Shown here: piece by piece, positions 19,497-28,357 of the stretch | How the letters are laid out: every line of letters starts with the position of its first letter | Numbering within the stretch: the first letter of the stretch is position 1 | DNA from: Verrucomicrobiota bacterium JB023 | Lineage (GTDB): Bacteria > Verrucomicrobiota > Verrucomicrobiia > Verrucomicrobiales > Akkermansiaceae | Direction of reading: 5' to 3' | Assembly: GCA_030673895.1 (NCBI GenBank) | Contig: JAUTCR010000015.1 | Span: 753 to 64,752 of the forward strand | Length of the DNA stretch: 64,000 nt | The notes under the pieces: generated by a model | The model's input: the letters and a program-made list of their open reading frames with translations, nothing else | The model's database searches: none | Told to the model about the DNA's origin: nothing | Translations under genes and position numbers: made by a program

Positions 19497-20153
19497 ATGC
19501 GAAACGGGTTCCGATGGCTGGGCTTTTTCCCTCTGTTTTTTCTTCTCTGGTCTTGTTCTGGTGGAGGAGGTGCGGACTCTTCCTCCAGTGAAGAGCAGCA
19601 GGTTATTGCGCTGAATCCTGAATCCGGGGTGGGGCAGAAAGCTCTTGAGGACAAGTATGCCAATTTCGGCAAAACCTTCGAGCAGGATGACGAGGGCAAT
19701 TGGAAGGTCTCGAGCAATGCGCGTCGCAGCCAATTCGAGGGACGACAGATGACGACCATTGGTGGCGGAGTCGGGGGCAAGGACTTCCGGACCAATCGCT
19801 ATGACAAGAAGTCGTGGGGGCAGAGTGACAAGAACTTCGCCAAGCAGCGATATGGGGGAGATACCGATAGCCGCTATGACAATGCGGAGTGGTTCCTGCA
19901 GCAACAAGCAGCGGGAGAAGCGGCCCAGCGTTCTCGTTTGCAAGGTGAGTCCTATGGCACGAGTCAATATGCGACCTCGAGCGCTCGCGAGGCGCGCACC
20001 TCGGGCATTGCCCGCCGAAGCGATGTGGAGACGGATGTGCGCCGCGACGTTTATTCGCCGCCCGTCAAGATGAGTCCATCGGAGGCAGGCATGTCCGTGG
20101 ATGAGACCAAAAACAAGGTGGGCCGGCTGCTGCCTTGGGCCGATGACGACTGA
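19497..20153 (+). CDS. hypothetical lipoprotein
   Basis: MRNGFRWLGFFPLFFLLWSCSGGGG (lipobox L-W-S-C). The mature part is low-complexity and polar. The track ORF from 19200 overlaps rlmN, so ATG 19497 was chosen. Confidence 0.5.
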   Translation: MRNGFRWLGFFPLFFLLWSCSGGGGADSSSSEEQQVIALNPESGVGQKALEDKYANFGKTFEQDDEGNWKVSSNARRSQFEGRQMTTIGGGVGGKDFRTNRYDKKSWGQSDKNFAKQRYGGDTDSRYDNAEWFLQQQAAGEAAQRSRLQGESYGTSQYATSSAREARTSGIARRSDVETDVRRDVYSPPVKMSPSEAGMSVDETKNKVGRLLPWADDD

Positions 20154-20983
20154 TGAGTGACGAACTTGAGAGGCCCCAGTCCCGGCGGGAGCGGCTCTGG
20201 GAGATCATCTTCGAGGCTGAGACCCCTGCGGGTAAGTTCTTCGATGTCGCCCTGCTCTGGCTCATTGGCCTGAGCGTAGCGGCGGTGATGCTGGAGAGTG
20301 TGGATAGCATCCGGGCCGAGTATGGGACCTTGCTCAAGACCTTGGAGTGGGCCTTCACCATCCTCTTTTCCATCGAGTATCTGCTGCGATTATTCCTCGT
20401 CCGGCGGCCTTGGCGCTACGCGACCAGCTTTTTCGGGATTGTCGATCTGCTCTCCTGCTTGCCGACCTACCTGCAGCTTTTCCTGCCCGGAGCGCAGACT
20501 CTCTTGGTCATTCGCATTCTGCGCTTCCTCCGCATGTTCCGGATATTCAAAATGGTTCAGCACATGCGCGGGGGAGATACCATCATGCGGGCTCTCGCGG
20601 CCAGTCGGGCCAAGATCATCGTGTTTTTCCTCACCGTCTGTTTCTTTGCGGTGATCATGGGCACGTTGATCTATCTGGTGGAGTCGACGCGTGAGGACAC
20701 GCAATTCACGAATATTCCCGTGAGCATCTACTACATGGTGGTCACCATCACGACCTTGGGTTTCGGTGATATCACGCCTAAGACGCCTTTCGGGATGGGG
20801 TTGACGGCGGTGGCTGTGCTCACAGGTTACGCCATTATCGCAGTGCCGACAGGAATCGTGTCCGCCGAGATGGCCAAGGCCGCCCAAGGGGATGAAACGA
20901 CGGATGCTTGTCCGTCCTGCGGAGTTCACGGTCACCTGCCAGACGCCAACTTTTGCCGCAAATGTGGCGAAAAAATGTCATGA
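20153..20983 (+). CDS. voltage-gated (6-TM, Kv-like) potassium channel with C-terminal zinc-ribbon
   Basis: S4 helix LLVIRILRFLRMFRIFKM has a basic residue every third position. Selectivity filter TITTLGFGDITP. Tail CPSCGVHGHLPDANFCRKCG. The start overlaps the upstream stop (TGATG). Confidence 0.85.
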   Translation: MSDELERPQSRRERLWEIIFEAETPAGKFFDVALLWLIGLSVAAVMLESVDSIRAEYGTLLKTLEWAFTILFSIEYLLRLFLVRRPWRYATSFFGIVDLLSCLPTYLQLFLPGAQTLLVIRILRFLRMFRIFKMVQHMRGGDTIMRALAASRAKIIVFFLTVCFFAVIMGTLIYLVESTREDTQFTNIPVSIYYMVVTITTLGFGDITPKTPFGMGLTAVAVLTGYAIIAVPTGIVSAEMAKAAQGDETTDACPSCGVHGHLPDANFCRKCGEKMS

Positions 20984-21181
20984 GCCAAGAGGGTTGAGCC
21001 TGAATCGCTTGGTGTCATCACCGTGCCTTCCCTGCCTTTTTCCCTGAAACGGGAGCGCCCCCGGTGCGTCGGTGGGGGCATGGGGCTTGCCAGCGCGAGA
21101 GGAGACGAGCAGATTCTACCAGACGGCCGATGGGATTCTTGGTTTCAGGGACCGACTTCTCCGGTTGTTAGCTTATCGCGA

Positions 21182-21757
21182 ATGGAAGACCGAGCTAGTC
21201 AGGATTGGAAACCTTTGCTTGCTCGGGTGCGAACGGGGGAGTCGGATGCGGAGAGTGAACTGGTGGCTCTGCTTTGGCCACGGGTGTCCCGCCGCATTGC
21301 GGGCCTCTGCCCGCGGAGGATGGAGATTGAGGACCTGGCTCAGGAGGTCTTCATGAAGATCTTCGCCAAGTTGTGGCAATATCGCGGGGGGAGCTTCGAG
21401 GCTTGGGTGGACGTCATGACTCGCCGGGTCTGCTACGACGCACTCCGCAAGCAGCGGGTGAGGCCGGAGTGGCGATTCAGCGATTTGACAGACTTTGATG
21501 AGGCGTCCATCGAGTCCGAGAAGCCCCCGGGCAGTGGCAAGGAGGCGGGAGAGATCATTTCGCTCCTTCTCAATCGCCTGCCTGCCGAGCAGGCTTGGCT
21601 GCTGACCGCAATCGAGCTGGAGGAGAAGTCGATTGGAGAGGTGGCTCGCGAAATGGGGTGGACCGAAGTGGCGGGACGGTTGAGATTAATGAGAGCGCGG
21701 CGGAGTCTGAAACGGGTTTATGACGATTGGAACCGTGAGCTAAGAACGATGGAATGA
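21182..21757 (+). CDS. ECF-type RNA polymerase sigma factor
   Basis: Region 2 (DLAQEVFMKIF...YDALRK) and region 4 HTH (SIGEVAREMGWTEVAGRLRLMRARRSLK). ATG at 21182 gives 191 aa. Confidence 0.85.
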   Translation: MEDRASQDWKPLLARVRTGESDAESELVALLWPRVSRRIAGLCPRRMEIEDLAQEVFMKIFAKLWQYRGGSFEAWVDVMTRRVCYDALRKQRVRPEWRFSDLTDFDEASIESEKPPGSGKEAGEIISLLLNRLPAEQAWLLTAIELEEKSIGEVAREMGWTEVAGRLRLMRARRSLKRVYDDWNRELRTME

Positions 21758-22044
21758 TGAGGGGATTGCGTGAACTACTCGATGAGGCGCGGAGAGGCTA
21801 TCAGAAGGAGAGCCGGGCCACGCCAGAGATGCCAGCCGACTTCCCGGCCCGCGTTGCCAGGGCAAGGCGAAGGCAGGTGGAAGGAGAGGTCCCGGTAGAG
21901 GCTGTTTGGAGCCGCACCTGCCTCATTGGCGCCTGCTCCGCGCTCGTTGTCGCTGCGAGCTGGCATCACCACAGCTCCCGGCAGGCCACTGAGGAGGTGG
22001 TGGATGCCTGGGTTGCCATTGAACCTAGCGGGAGAGGACAATAG
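21754..22044 (+). CDS. putative anti-sigma factor (single-pass membrane protein)
   Basis: Overlaps the sigma-factor stop (ATGA). 96 aa with one hydrophobic helix, CLIGACSALVVAASW. Assignment is by position only. Confidence 0.4.
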   Translation: MMRGLRELLDEARRGYQKESRATPEMPADFPARVARARRRQVEGEVPVEAVWSRTCLIGACSALVVAASWHHHSSRQATEEVVDAWVAIEPSGRGQ

Positions 22045-22464
22045 ATGATGAAGACTGTGCTTCTGGTCCTAAAGATTGGCTCCCTGATGGCGATCATCTT
22101 CGCCTGCGGGATCTGGGTGGGGCGAATGACCGCACCGGTCAAGGTGGTGGAAACCGTTGTGGTGAAAGAGGGAAGCGGCGGGTCGAAATCACCTCGGATG
22201 GCGCCACAGGCGAGGCATGTCTTCGAGCAGTACGTGCGGGCTCTGGAGCTCACCATGGAGCAGCAGCTGATTCTGGAGCCTCTATTTGTCGAGACGGGCC
22301 GCCGGGTCGCTCAATTGCCTCGCCTCTCGGATGCGCGGGGAGAAGAGTATGAAAAGCTGCACGAGCGAATGAATCCCCATCTGACGCCGAGCCAGCGGAA
22401 GATCGCCGATCAGATTCTCGTTCTCGGGCAAACCCGGCTCAAGCAGCGACAAAACCGGCCCTAG
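22045..22464 (+). CDS. periplasmic LTXXQ-motif (Spy/CpxP-like) protein
   Basis: Signal/anchor MMKTVLLVLKIGSLMAIIFACG and two LTxxQ motifs (LTMEQQ, LTPSQR). Confidence 0.5.
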   Translation: MMKTVLLVLKIGSLMAIIFACGIWVGRMTAPVKVVETVVVKEGSGGSKSPRMAPQARHVFEQYVRALELTMEQQLILEPLFVETGRRVAQLPRLSDARGEEYEKLHERMNPHLTPSQRKIADQILVLGQTRLKQRQNRP

Positions 22465-22500
22465 TCTTGCCCCGGTGACTTCTCTGGTTATTGCTGGGGG

Positions 22501-22854
22501 ATGACGATACGCCAACTTTCCCAGCAGGCCCCCTTCACGACTAAGGATGGTTCGACCATCCGCAGTATTCTCGATTTGGCCAATGCCCCGGTGGTCAATC
22601 AAAGCCTAGCCGAAGCGACCGTGCCAGCAGGGACGGCCACCGAGCGGCACTATCATAAGGTGAGCGAGGAATTTTATTTCATCCTCGAAGGAACCGCTGA
22701 GATGGAAGTGGATGGTGAAAAAGTCGATGTCGGGCCGGGAGATGCCGTTGCCATCCCTCCCGGAGCCTGGCACCAGATCACAGGCAAGACCGAGGTCCGC
22801 TTCCTCTGCTGCTGCGCACCGCCCTATGCACACGACGACACCTACTTCGAGTAG
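22501..22854 (+). CDS. cupin-domain protein
   Basis: HYHKVSEEFYFILEG ... GDAVAIPPGAWHQI (the two cupin motifs). Confidence 0.75.
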   Translation: MTIRQLSQQAPFTTKDGSTIRSILDLANAPVVNQSLAEATVPAGTATERHYHKVSEEFYFILEGTAEMEVDGEKVDVGPGDAVAIPPGAWHQITGKTEVRFLCCCAPPYAHDDTYFE

Positions 22855-22868
22855 TGGCTCACGAGGCC

Positions 22869-23891
22869 TCAGTAGAGCCTGCGGAGATTGGCCAAACTCC
22901 TTCTCCCGTTGGCCTGCAGGTTGGCGATGTAATTGATGCCCCGGCAGATATCAGCGAAGAGGAAGTAGTAAAAGATGATGCCGATTGGGTAGAAAACAAT
23001 GGCCATGATGGCAAATCCGAAGAAGTAGGTTTTGTTGAAGCGGGGCGCATTGGCGGTCTCCTCAAAGGTATCCATTGCCCGATTCCAGTTTTCCGCGAGT
23101 CCGGCATAAGCAATGAAATACCAGAATAGGTTGAATAGCGGGATGAAGAGGAAGCCAACCGCTTTTCCCGGGGTAGTGCTTGCTCCGGCCGGCTGGACAA
23201 TGCGCCAAGCCCGATGAAGGAGCATCAGGCTGTAGATCCAACCGCATATTGACAGGAGAAAAACGATGAACAGGGAGACCAGCATGACGCCGAGCAGAAA
23301 AACGGACTGCTCCTGGGATGGATCCGGCTGCAGATCCTCCTCCGAGGGATCCGGTAAGCCAAGAAGCTCGCCGAAATCCACCTCTTCCGTTTCGACGGCT
23401 TCCTCAGTATCTAGCAAATCGTCGGCTGCGGTCTCTTCATTCAGATTAATTGCAGGAACGGCGGGAGGAGACTCCTCCACATCTGCCTCGCTGGGGATGA
23501 GGAATAGAAAGATGCAGCCGATTATCGTAAAAATCAGCGGGCCATAGAGATTAAGCCAAAGAAATTTTGAGTAGCTCGCCCGGCTGATGGAGAGGGAGGG
23601 AAAGCTGGGACGATGATTTTCTGGCTCAGCCCATGGGTCCTGTTCGGCCGTCGCTTGTGCGCCGTATTCCGGGTCATTTGCCGCAAGGGTCTGGCTGCCT
23701 GCTCCCGGTGCGGCCTCGGGGAGAAGGTTCTCGATCTGCCCGGCAGGTAGCCAATTCTCCATGCCCTCTGTCCAGACCGGGGTTTCGGCGTTGATTTCTC
23801 CTGTCAAGGCGAGCTGCTGCAGCTGCGCTCCGGAGACCGGGCCCGACTGTTCGCCGGAGGTTGAGTAGAACCATTCTGTTGTGTCGGACAT
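22869..23891 (-). CDS. GYF_2-domain membrane protein
   Basis: N-terminus WFYSTSGEQSGPVSGAQLQQLALTGEINAETPVWTEGMENW (GYF-like), an acidic linker and a C-terminal multi-TM region. Confidence 0.6.
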   Translation of the reverse strand: MSDTTEWFYSTSGEQSGPVSGAQLQQLALTGEINAETPVWTEGMENWLPAGQIENLLPEAAPGAGSQTLAANDPEYGAQATAEQDPWAEPENHRPSFPSLSISRASYSKFLWLNLYGPLIFTIIGCIFLFLIPSEADVEESPPAVPAINLNEETAADDLLDTEEAVETEEVDFGELLGLPDPSEEDLQPDPSQEQSVFLLGVMLVSLFIVFLLSICGWIYSLMLLHRAWRIVQPAGASTTPGKAVGFLFIPLFNLFWYFIAYAGLAENWNRAMDTFEETANAPRFNKTYFFGFAIMAIVFYPIGIIFYYFLFADICRGINYIANLQANGRRSLANLRRLY

Positions 23892-24041
23892 CGTATTGCG
23901 TTGTTGGTGTGAGAAGAGAGCAGCCTAAACGGTCTGGCGAAGCAAGCTTCGGGTCATCACGCCTCATCACCTCATCCTCTCTCAATGCTGAAAGGGAAAA
24001 AGGGTGACAGGGAGCGGGAGCCCTCGCATGCTGGGGGCCGC

Positions 24042-25028
24042 ATGGCAGGGGACTTGACCTACAAGGATTCGGGCGTTGATACGCGGAGGGCAGCGGCATT
24101 TGTCGGGGATATTGCTTCTCATGTGAAGCGCACCCAGCAGCAGCGGAAGCTGCATGGCGCCTTCGGCCTCTTTGCGGCAGCCTATGACCTCAGCGATTAT
24201 CGTCAGCCGGTCATCGTGACTGGATGTGACGGAGTGGGAACCAAACTGGAGCTCCTTCTCAAGCACGATATGCTCGAGGAGGCGGGCAAGGACCTGGTTG
24301 CGATGTCGGTCAATGATATCCTCACCACCGGTGGCGATCCTCTCCTGTTCCTCGACTACCTTGGGATTGCCAAGTTGGATGAGGGAAAATTGGTTCGCTT
24401 GATTGCGGGGATGGCGGATTATCTGGAAGCTTGCGGCTGCATCCTGGCCGGCGGGGAAACCGCAGAGATGCCCGGGGTTGTTCCCGAGGACGTCGTCGAG
24501 TTGTCCGGCTTTTGCATTGGGGCGGCCGAGAAGGAGGACTTGATCGATCCCACCACCGTCGCTCTGGGCGATGTGCTCGTTGGCTATGGCTCCGATGGTT
24601 TTCATGCCAATGGGTTCAGTCTGGTGCGGCGGGTGATCGCCAGTCGACCGGGTGATTTCAGCGAAGCGGATGAGCGGGCGCTAATGGCTCCGACCCGTCT
24701 CTACCATGATGTCGTGGCCGGTCTCAGGGAGGCCAGTCTCCGGCCTAAGGCAATGGCACACATCACCGGGGGTGGCTTACCCGAGAATCTGGAGCGATTG
24801 TTCCGTGGCATGGGCGCGGACCTGACCGTCCCTTACTGGGAGAATGACGCTTGCCAGAAGGTGCTGGAGAGCGTGGATGCGGAGGACCGCTTCCACACCT
24901 TCAACATGGGAATTGGCTGGGTGGCAATCGTCTCGCCGGAAGACGTCGATCGGGCGCTGGCGGCCGGTCCCGGAGGAGTCGTGCTGGGCACGATGCGGGA
25001 GGGCGATGGCGTGACAGCCCGCGTCTAG
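24042..25028 (+). CDS. purM: phosphoribosylformylglycinamidine cyclo-ligase (AIR synthetase)
   Basis: YKDSGVD, FGLFAAAYDL and VTGCDGVGTKL. ATG at 24042. Confidence 0.9.
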   Translation: MAGDLTYKDSGVDTRRAAAFVGDIASHVKRTQQQRKLHGAFGLFAAAYDLSDYRQPVIVTGCDGVGTKLELLLKHDMLEEAGKDLVAMSVNDILTTGGDPLLFLDYLGIAKLDEGKLVRLIAGMADYLEACGCILAGGETAEMPGVVPEDVVELSGFCIGAAEKEDLIDPTTVALGDVLVGYGSDGFHANGFSLVRRVIASRPGDFSEADERALMAPTRLYHDVVAGLREASLRPKAMAHITGGGLPENLERLFRGMGADLTVPYWENDACQKVLESVDAEDRFHTFNMGIGWVAIVSPEDVDRALAAGPGGVVLGTMREGDGVTARV

Positions 25029-25723
25029 GAGAAAGGCGCGATGGCGATGCCTTCTCGTGCTAATCGTTTCCTAACAAATTCTAACAATTCGAGTGCGTCT
25101 TCACTATCGCTGTGGACGCAGAGGGTGCGAACTGTCCCCGCATGGCACAGCGCGAGAGCTTGTCGCGCGGCCTGGTCCGGATCGCTGATGACCGCTCCTT
25201 CTTGTCCCCGAGCCACGAGAGAGCCGTCGGCTTGGTAGCCTCGGTCAATGAATCCTTCTCCAGCGAAGGGAATACCAGCCTGGCGAGCGGCCTTTTCGAG
25301 TTCACCTCCGGGAAGCCCGTAGAGAAAGACCTCGCGGGAAGGATGGGCCTCAACGATTGCGGCGGCGAAACGCTCGTCCTGATGCGCCTGATTGTAGAGC
25401 GCGCCATGAGGCTTGATATGATGCAGACTGGCCCCCGTGGCCTGGCATCGGGCGTTGAATGCTTCGACTTGTTCGGAAAGGATATCGGCGAGACCGGGGG
25501 GAGGATCGGCGTGGTGACGCCGTCCGAAGTGCGCTCGGTCGGGAAAAGAGGGATGGGCGCCGAGGGACAATCCTTGTCCGAGGGCCATGGCAATGGCCTG
25601 GTCCATTGACGCCATGTCACCGGCGTGACCGCCACAGGCAATATTCACGGACGAGGCCACGGACATCAGGACGGCGTCGTGAGGAGAGCCTTCGCCGAGG
25701 TCGACATTAAGATCGATGGTCAT
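25025..25723 (-). CDS. pxpA: 5-oxoprolinase subunit A (LamB/YcsF family)
   Basis: MTIDLNVDLGEG and NIACGGHAGD. The start overlaps the stop of the upstream pxpBC gene (ATGA). Confidence 0.9.
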   Translation of the reverse strand: MTIDLNVDLGEGSPHDAVLMSVASSVNIACGGHAGDMASMDQAIAMALGQGLSLGAHPSFPDRAHFGRRHHADPPPGLADILSEQVEAFNARCQATGASLHHIKPHGALYNQAHQDERFAAAIVEAHPSREVFLYGLPGGELEKAARQAGIPFAGEGFIDRGYQADGSLVARGQEGAVISDPDQAARQALALCHAGTVRTLCVHSDSEDALELLEFVRKRLAREGIAIAPFS

Positions 25724-27366
25724 TTTTCGTGCTTTTGTCTCAGGGTAAGCCCCGTTCGGAGGAAAGCCAATTCGCTCTGAAGACTCTGCCAAGCCGCACG
25801 GGCGGTTGGCAGGTCGACTTCACGAAAGCGTACCTCGGTCCCGGGTAAGGCACGGGTGAGCGCGGGGAGATCCGCGGAAATGATGTGGGCGATTTGGGGG
25901 TATCCGCCGATGGTCTGCCTCTCGGAAAGAAGGGCGATGGGTTGTCCTGCTGGCGGAATCTGCACCGAGCCTGGCACCACGGGCTGGGATTTGAGGGAAA
26001 GCGCGCGGTCGGGGTGGATCGCGGGGCCGTCGAGGCGCAGGCCGGTGCGGTCGAAGCTTGAGCTTTTGGTGAAGGGCTCGTCGTTGAACAGCTGTCTTGT
26101 CCGACGGCTGAACCAGTTGGCCTGCCGCCCCTTGAGGTATCGGATTTCGATGGCGCGCGAAGAGGTGGCCAAGGGCCAGCCGACTCGCCAATCGGATCCG
26201 TCCGTGAGGGGAAACGGTTGCCCGACGGCAAGTTGGTCACCTTTCTGAAGAAGGCGTCCACCTATGCCACCGAAGCGGCCCCGGAGGTCGGTGGCTCGAC
26301 TGCCGAGGGTGGCGTCGAGCTTGAGTCCGCCGCCGAAGGCCACGTAACCGTGGGTGGCAAGGGGGCGGAGCTGACTGAGGTCGAGCGTGCTGCCGGCTTC
26401 GAACTCGAGGGGGCGGCCTGCGCGGTCCGATTCCCAGCCTATGAAGGCGAGCCGGGTGAGCTCGGTGAAGGTGAGGCGGGGACCTTGGAGCGTGGTCTCA
26501 AGCAGGGCGGAGGTCTCAGGATTTCCCACTAACAGATTGGCGACCCGGGCGAGGAACGGGTCACTGGCTCCGCCGGGAGAGATGCCGAGATGTTGCCAGC
26601 CGGGCCGCCCTAGATCCTGAACCGTGGTGGCGAGGCCGGGGGCTTCCACGTGCACAGAGCCGGAAGGATTGTGAGGAGGGGAGGAGGCTGGCAGGGAGAG
26701 TGGGCCGCTGGGCTCGAAGCGGACCCGGTCGCCGGGACGGAGCAGGGTGGGCGGATCGGCCTCTGCTCGAAAGAGAGGGGCGTCGGTCTGTCCCAGCACA
26801 TGCCAGCCGCCCTGCGAGGCCATTGGGTAAATGCCAGCCTGACCGGCCGCAATCGCGACCGAGCCCGCCGGGACCTTGGCGGGCATCGCCTTTCGCGGAA
26901 CATGAAGCTGTGGGGGCAGACCCAGCAGATACGGGAAGCCGGGGGAGAATCCCAAGGTGGCCACCGTGTATTCGGCGGAAGAGTGAAGCTGGATGATCTC
27001 GTCGCGTGAGAGCGAGAGCGCTTCCGTCAGCTCGGCAAGGTCACCGTAACTCACCGGGATAGTGACGAGGCGACCAGGCTTGGCTTCCTCCGAATCCTCG
27101 ACCTGCGGGAGGGAAAAGTCAGCGAGTATCGAGCCCACAACTGGTTGGGAGTCAGGCTCGCAGTGGACGGCAACGGTCTCGAAGGACGAGACGACATCGG
27201 CGACGGGGACAGGAAAGTCGGCTTCCCGTAAGGCTTCAGCCATCGCGACCACTTCGCGGAGACGCCCTTCCTCCGTATTCTGCCGCGAGGTCCAGAGCCA
27301 AGAACGGTCGCCAAGAGATTGCCACTGCACGGAGGGAGCATTGGGCAAACAATCCGGCGGAGGCAA
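25720..27366 (-). CDS. fused 5-oxoprolinase subunits B and C (KipI/KipA-like allophanate-hydrolase subunit 1+2 domains)
   Basis: 548 aa. The N-terminal third resembles PxpB and the C-terminal two thirds PxpC (GQTDAPLF..., ...QTIGGYPQIAHIISADL). Translationally coupled to pxpA. Confidence 0.75.
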   Translation of the reverse strand: MPPPDCLPNAPSVQWQSLGDRSWLWTSRQNTEEGRLREVVAMAEALREADFPVPVADVVSSFETVAVHCEPDSQPVVGSILADFSLPQVEDSEEAKPGRLVTIPVSYGDLAELTEALSLSRDEIIQLHSSAEYTVATLGFSPGFPYLLGLPPQLHVPRKAMPAKVPAGSVAIAAGQAGIYPMASQGGWHVLGQTDAPLFRAEADPPTLLRPGDRVRFEPSGPLSLPASSPPHNPSGSVHVEAPGLATTVQDLGRPGWQHLGISPGGASDPFLARVANLLVGNPETSALLETTLQGPRLTFTELTRLAFIGWESDRAGRPLEFEAGSTLDLSQLRPLATHGYVAFGGGLKLDATLGSRATDLRGRFGGIGGRLLQKGDQLAVGQPFPLTDGSDWRVGWPLATSSRAIEIRYLKGRQANWFSRRTRQLFNDEPFTKSSSFDRTGLRLDGPAIHPDRALSLKSQPVVPGSVQIPPAGQPIALLSERQTIGGYPQIAHIISADLPALTRALPGTEVRFREVDLPTARAAWQSLQSELAFLRTGLTLRQKHEK

Positions 27367-27449
27367 GGGGAGGGATGGAAAGACGGAAAAAAATTAGGGA
27401 AGTGTTGCGAAGATTGTTCGTTTCCATTCGTTTGAGGGGGAGCAGGTAT

Positions 27450-28283
27450 ATGAAATACGTATTCTACGGGGTGATGGTTTTGGTGGCCTACGGGTTGGGG
27501 AAAGTGATGTATGAACCTTTGAAGCCGGCTTTGTTGGGGGTGGAGACCGAGCCGGAGGATGAGTCCATCGTATCCATTACCGTCGAATCCCGTCTCGGCC
27601 GCATCACCGAGAAGGTCGATCTCACGAATGTTGACCCCGCCGAATTCCCCGAGAAGATCACCTTGCGTGCTCCTCTCATCGTCAAGATGCCTGGGAGCCT
27701 GGATGCCTTGACCCTTGAGCCGAATTCAAAGGTGAAGCCCATTAGTATGGGGCCCGATGGGCTGTTGGTTGAGACCACTCTCGGTGGCCATCAGGGAACC
27801 ATTGCGCCGAAGGATACCGACTTCGCGGAAGGGGTCGCGCGGAAGCGAGTGGAGATTCGGGAAAAAAGCCTCGTCGCCGCGCAGCCGGATCCCGAGCCGG
27901 CCCCGCAACCTACGCCCGAGCCAGCTCAGCCGGAGCCGGTCGAGGTGGTGCAGCAGGAGCCTGAGCCAGAGGTGATGGAGCCCGAGCCAGAACCCGCTCC
28001 TGAGCCAGCTCAGCCTGCGAAGCTGAGTAGTGAGGAAATTGTCGCCGCGATGCAGAGCTACTTGAAAGACGGCAAGCTCAAGGAATTTGATTTCGAGCAG
28101 GTGTCGAACTGGGAAGCTCGTCCAGAGGAAGAGTCCTTTGATGGAGAGATGTTCCAAGTCGGGGTGGCCAGCTACGAGGAAGAAACCATCCTCGGGAAAA
28201 AGACCATCCAGGCGCTGGCCCTCTTCAGCGAAGGTCAACTCGTCAAATGGGTGTATGCCCAGACCAAGATGGAGATTCGCTGA
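27450..28283 (+). CDS. hypothetical membrane-anchored protein with Pro/Glu-rich spacer
   Basis: MKYVFYGVMVLVAYGLG anchor and a PEP-rich tract, AQPDPEPAPQPTPEPAQPEP...EPEPEPAPEPAQP. No recognised domain. Confidence 0.45.
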   Translation: MKYVFYGVMVLVAYGLGKVMYEPLKPALLGVETEPEDESIVSITVESRLGRITEKVDLTNVDPAEFPEKITLRAPLIVKMPGSLDALTLEPNSKVKPISMGPDGLLVETTLGGHQGTIAPKDTDFAEGVARKRVEIREKSLVAAQPDPEPAPQPTPEPAQPEPVEVVQQEPEPEVMEPEPEPAPEPAQPAKLSSEEIVAAMQSYLKDGKLKEFDFEQVSNWEARPEEESFDGEMFQVGVASYEEETILGKKTIQALALFSEGQLVKWVYAQTKMEIR

Positions 28284-28357
28284 CCGGTCTTCGGAGGTCG
28301 CGGAGGGGGCACGACCCGACGGTTGAAGCTCGTCGGGAACCCATGCCCATCCCGAGG

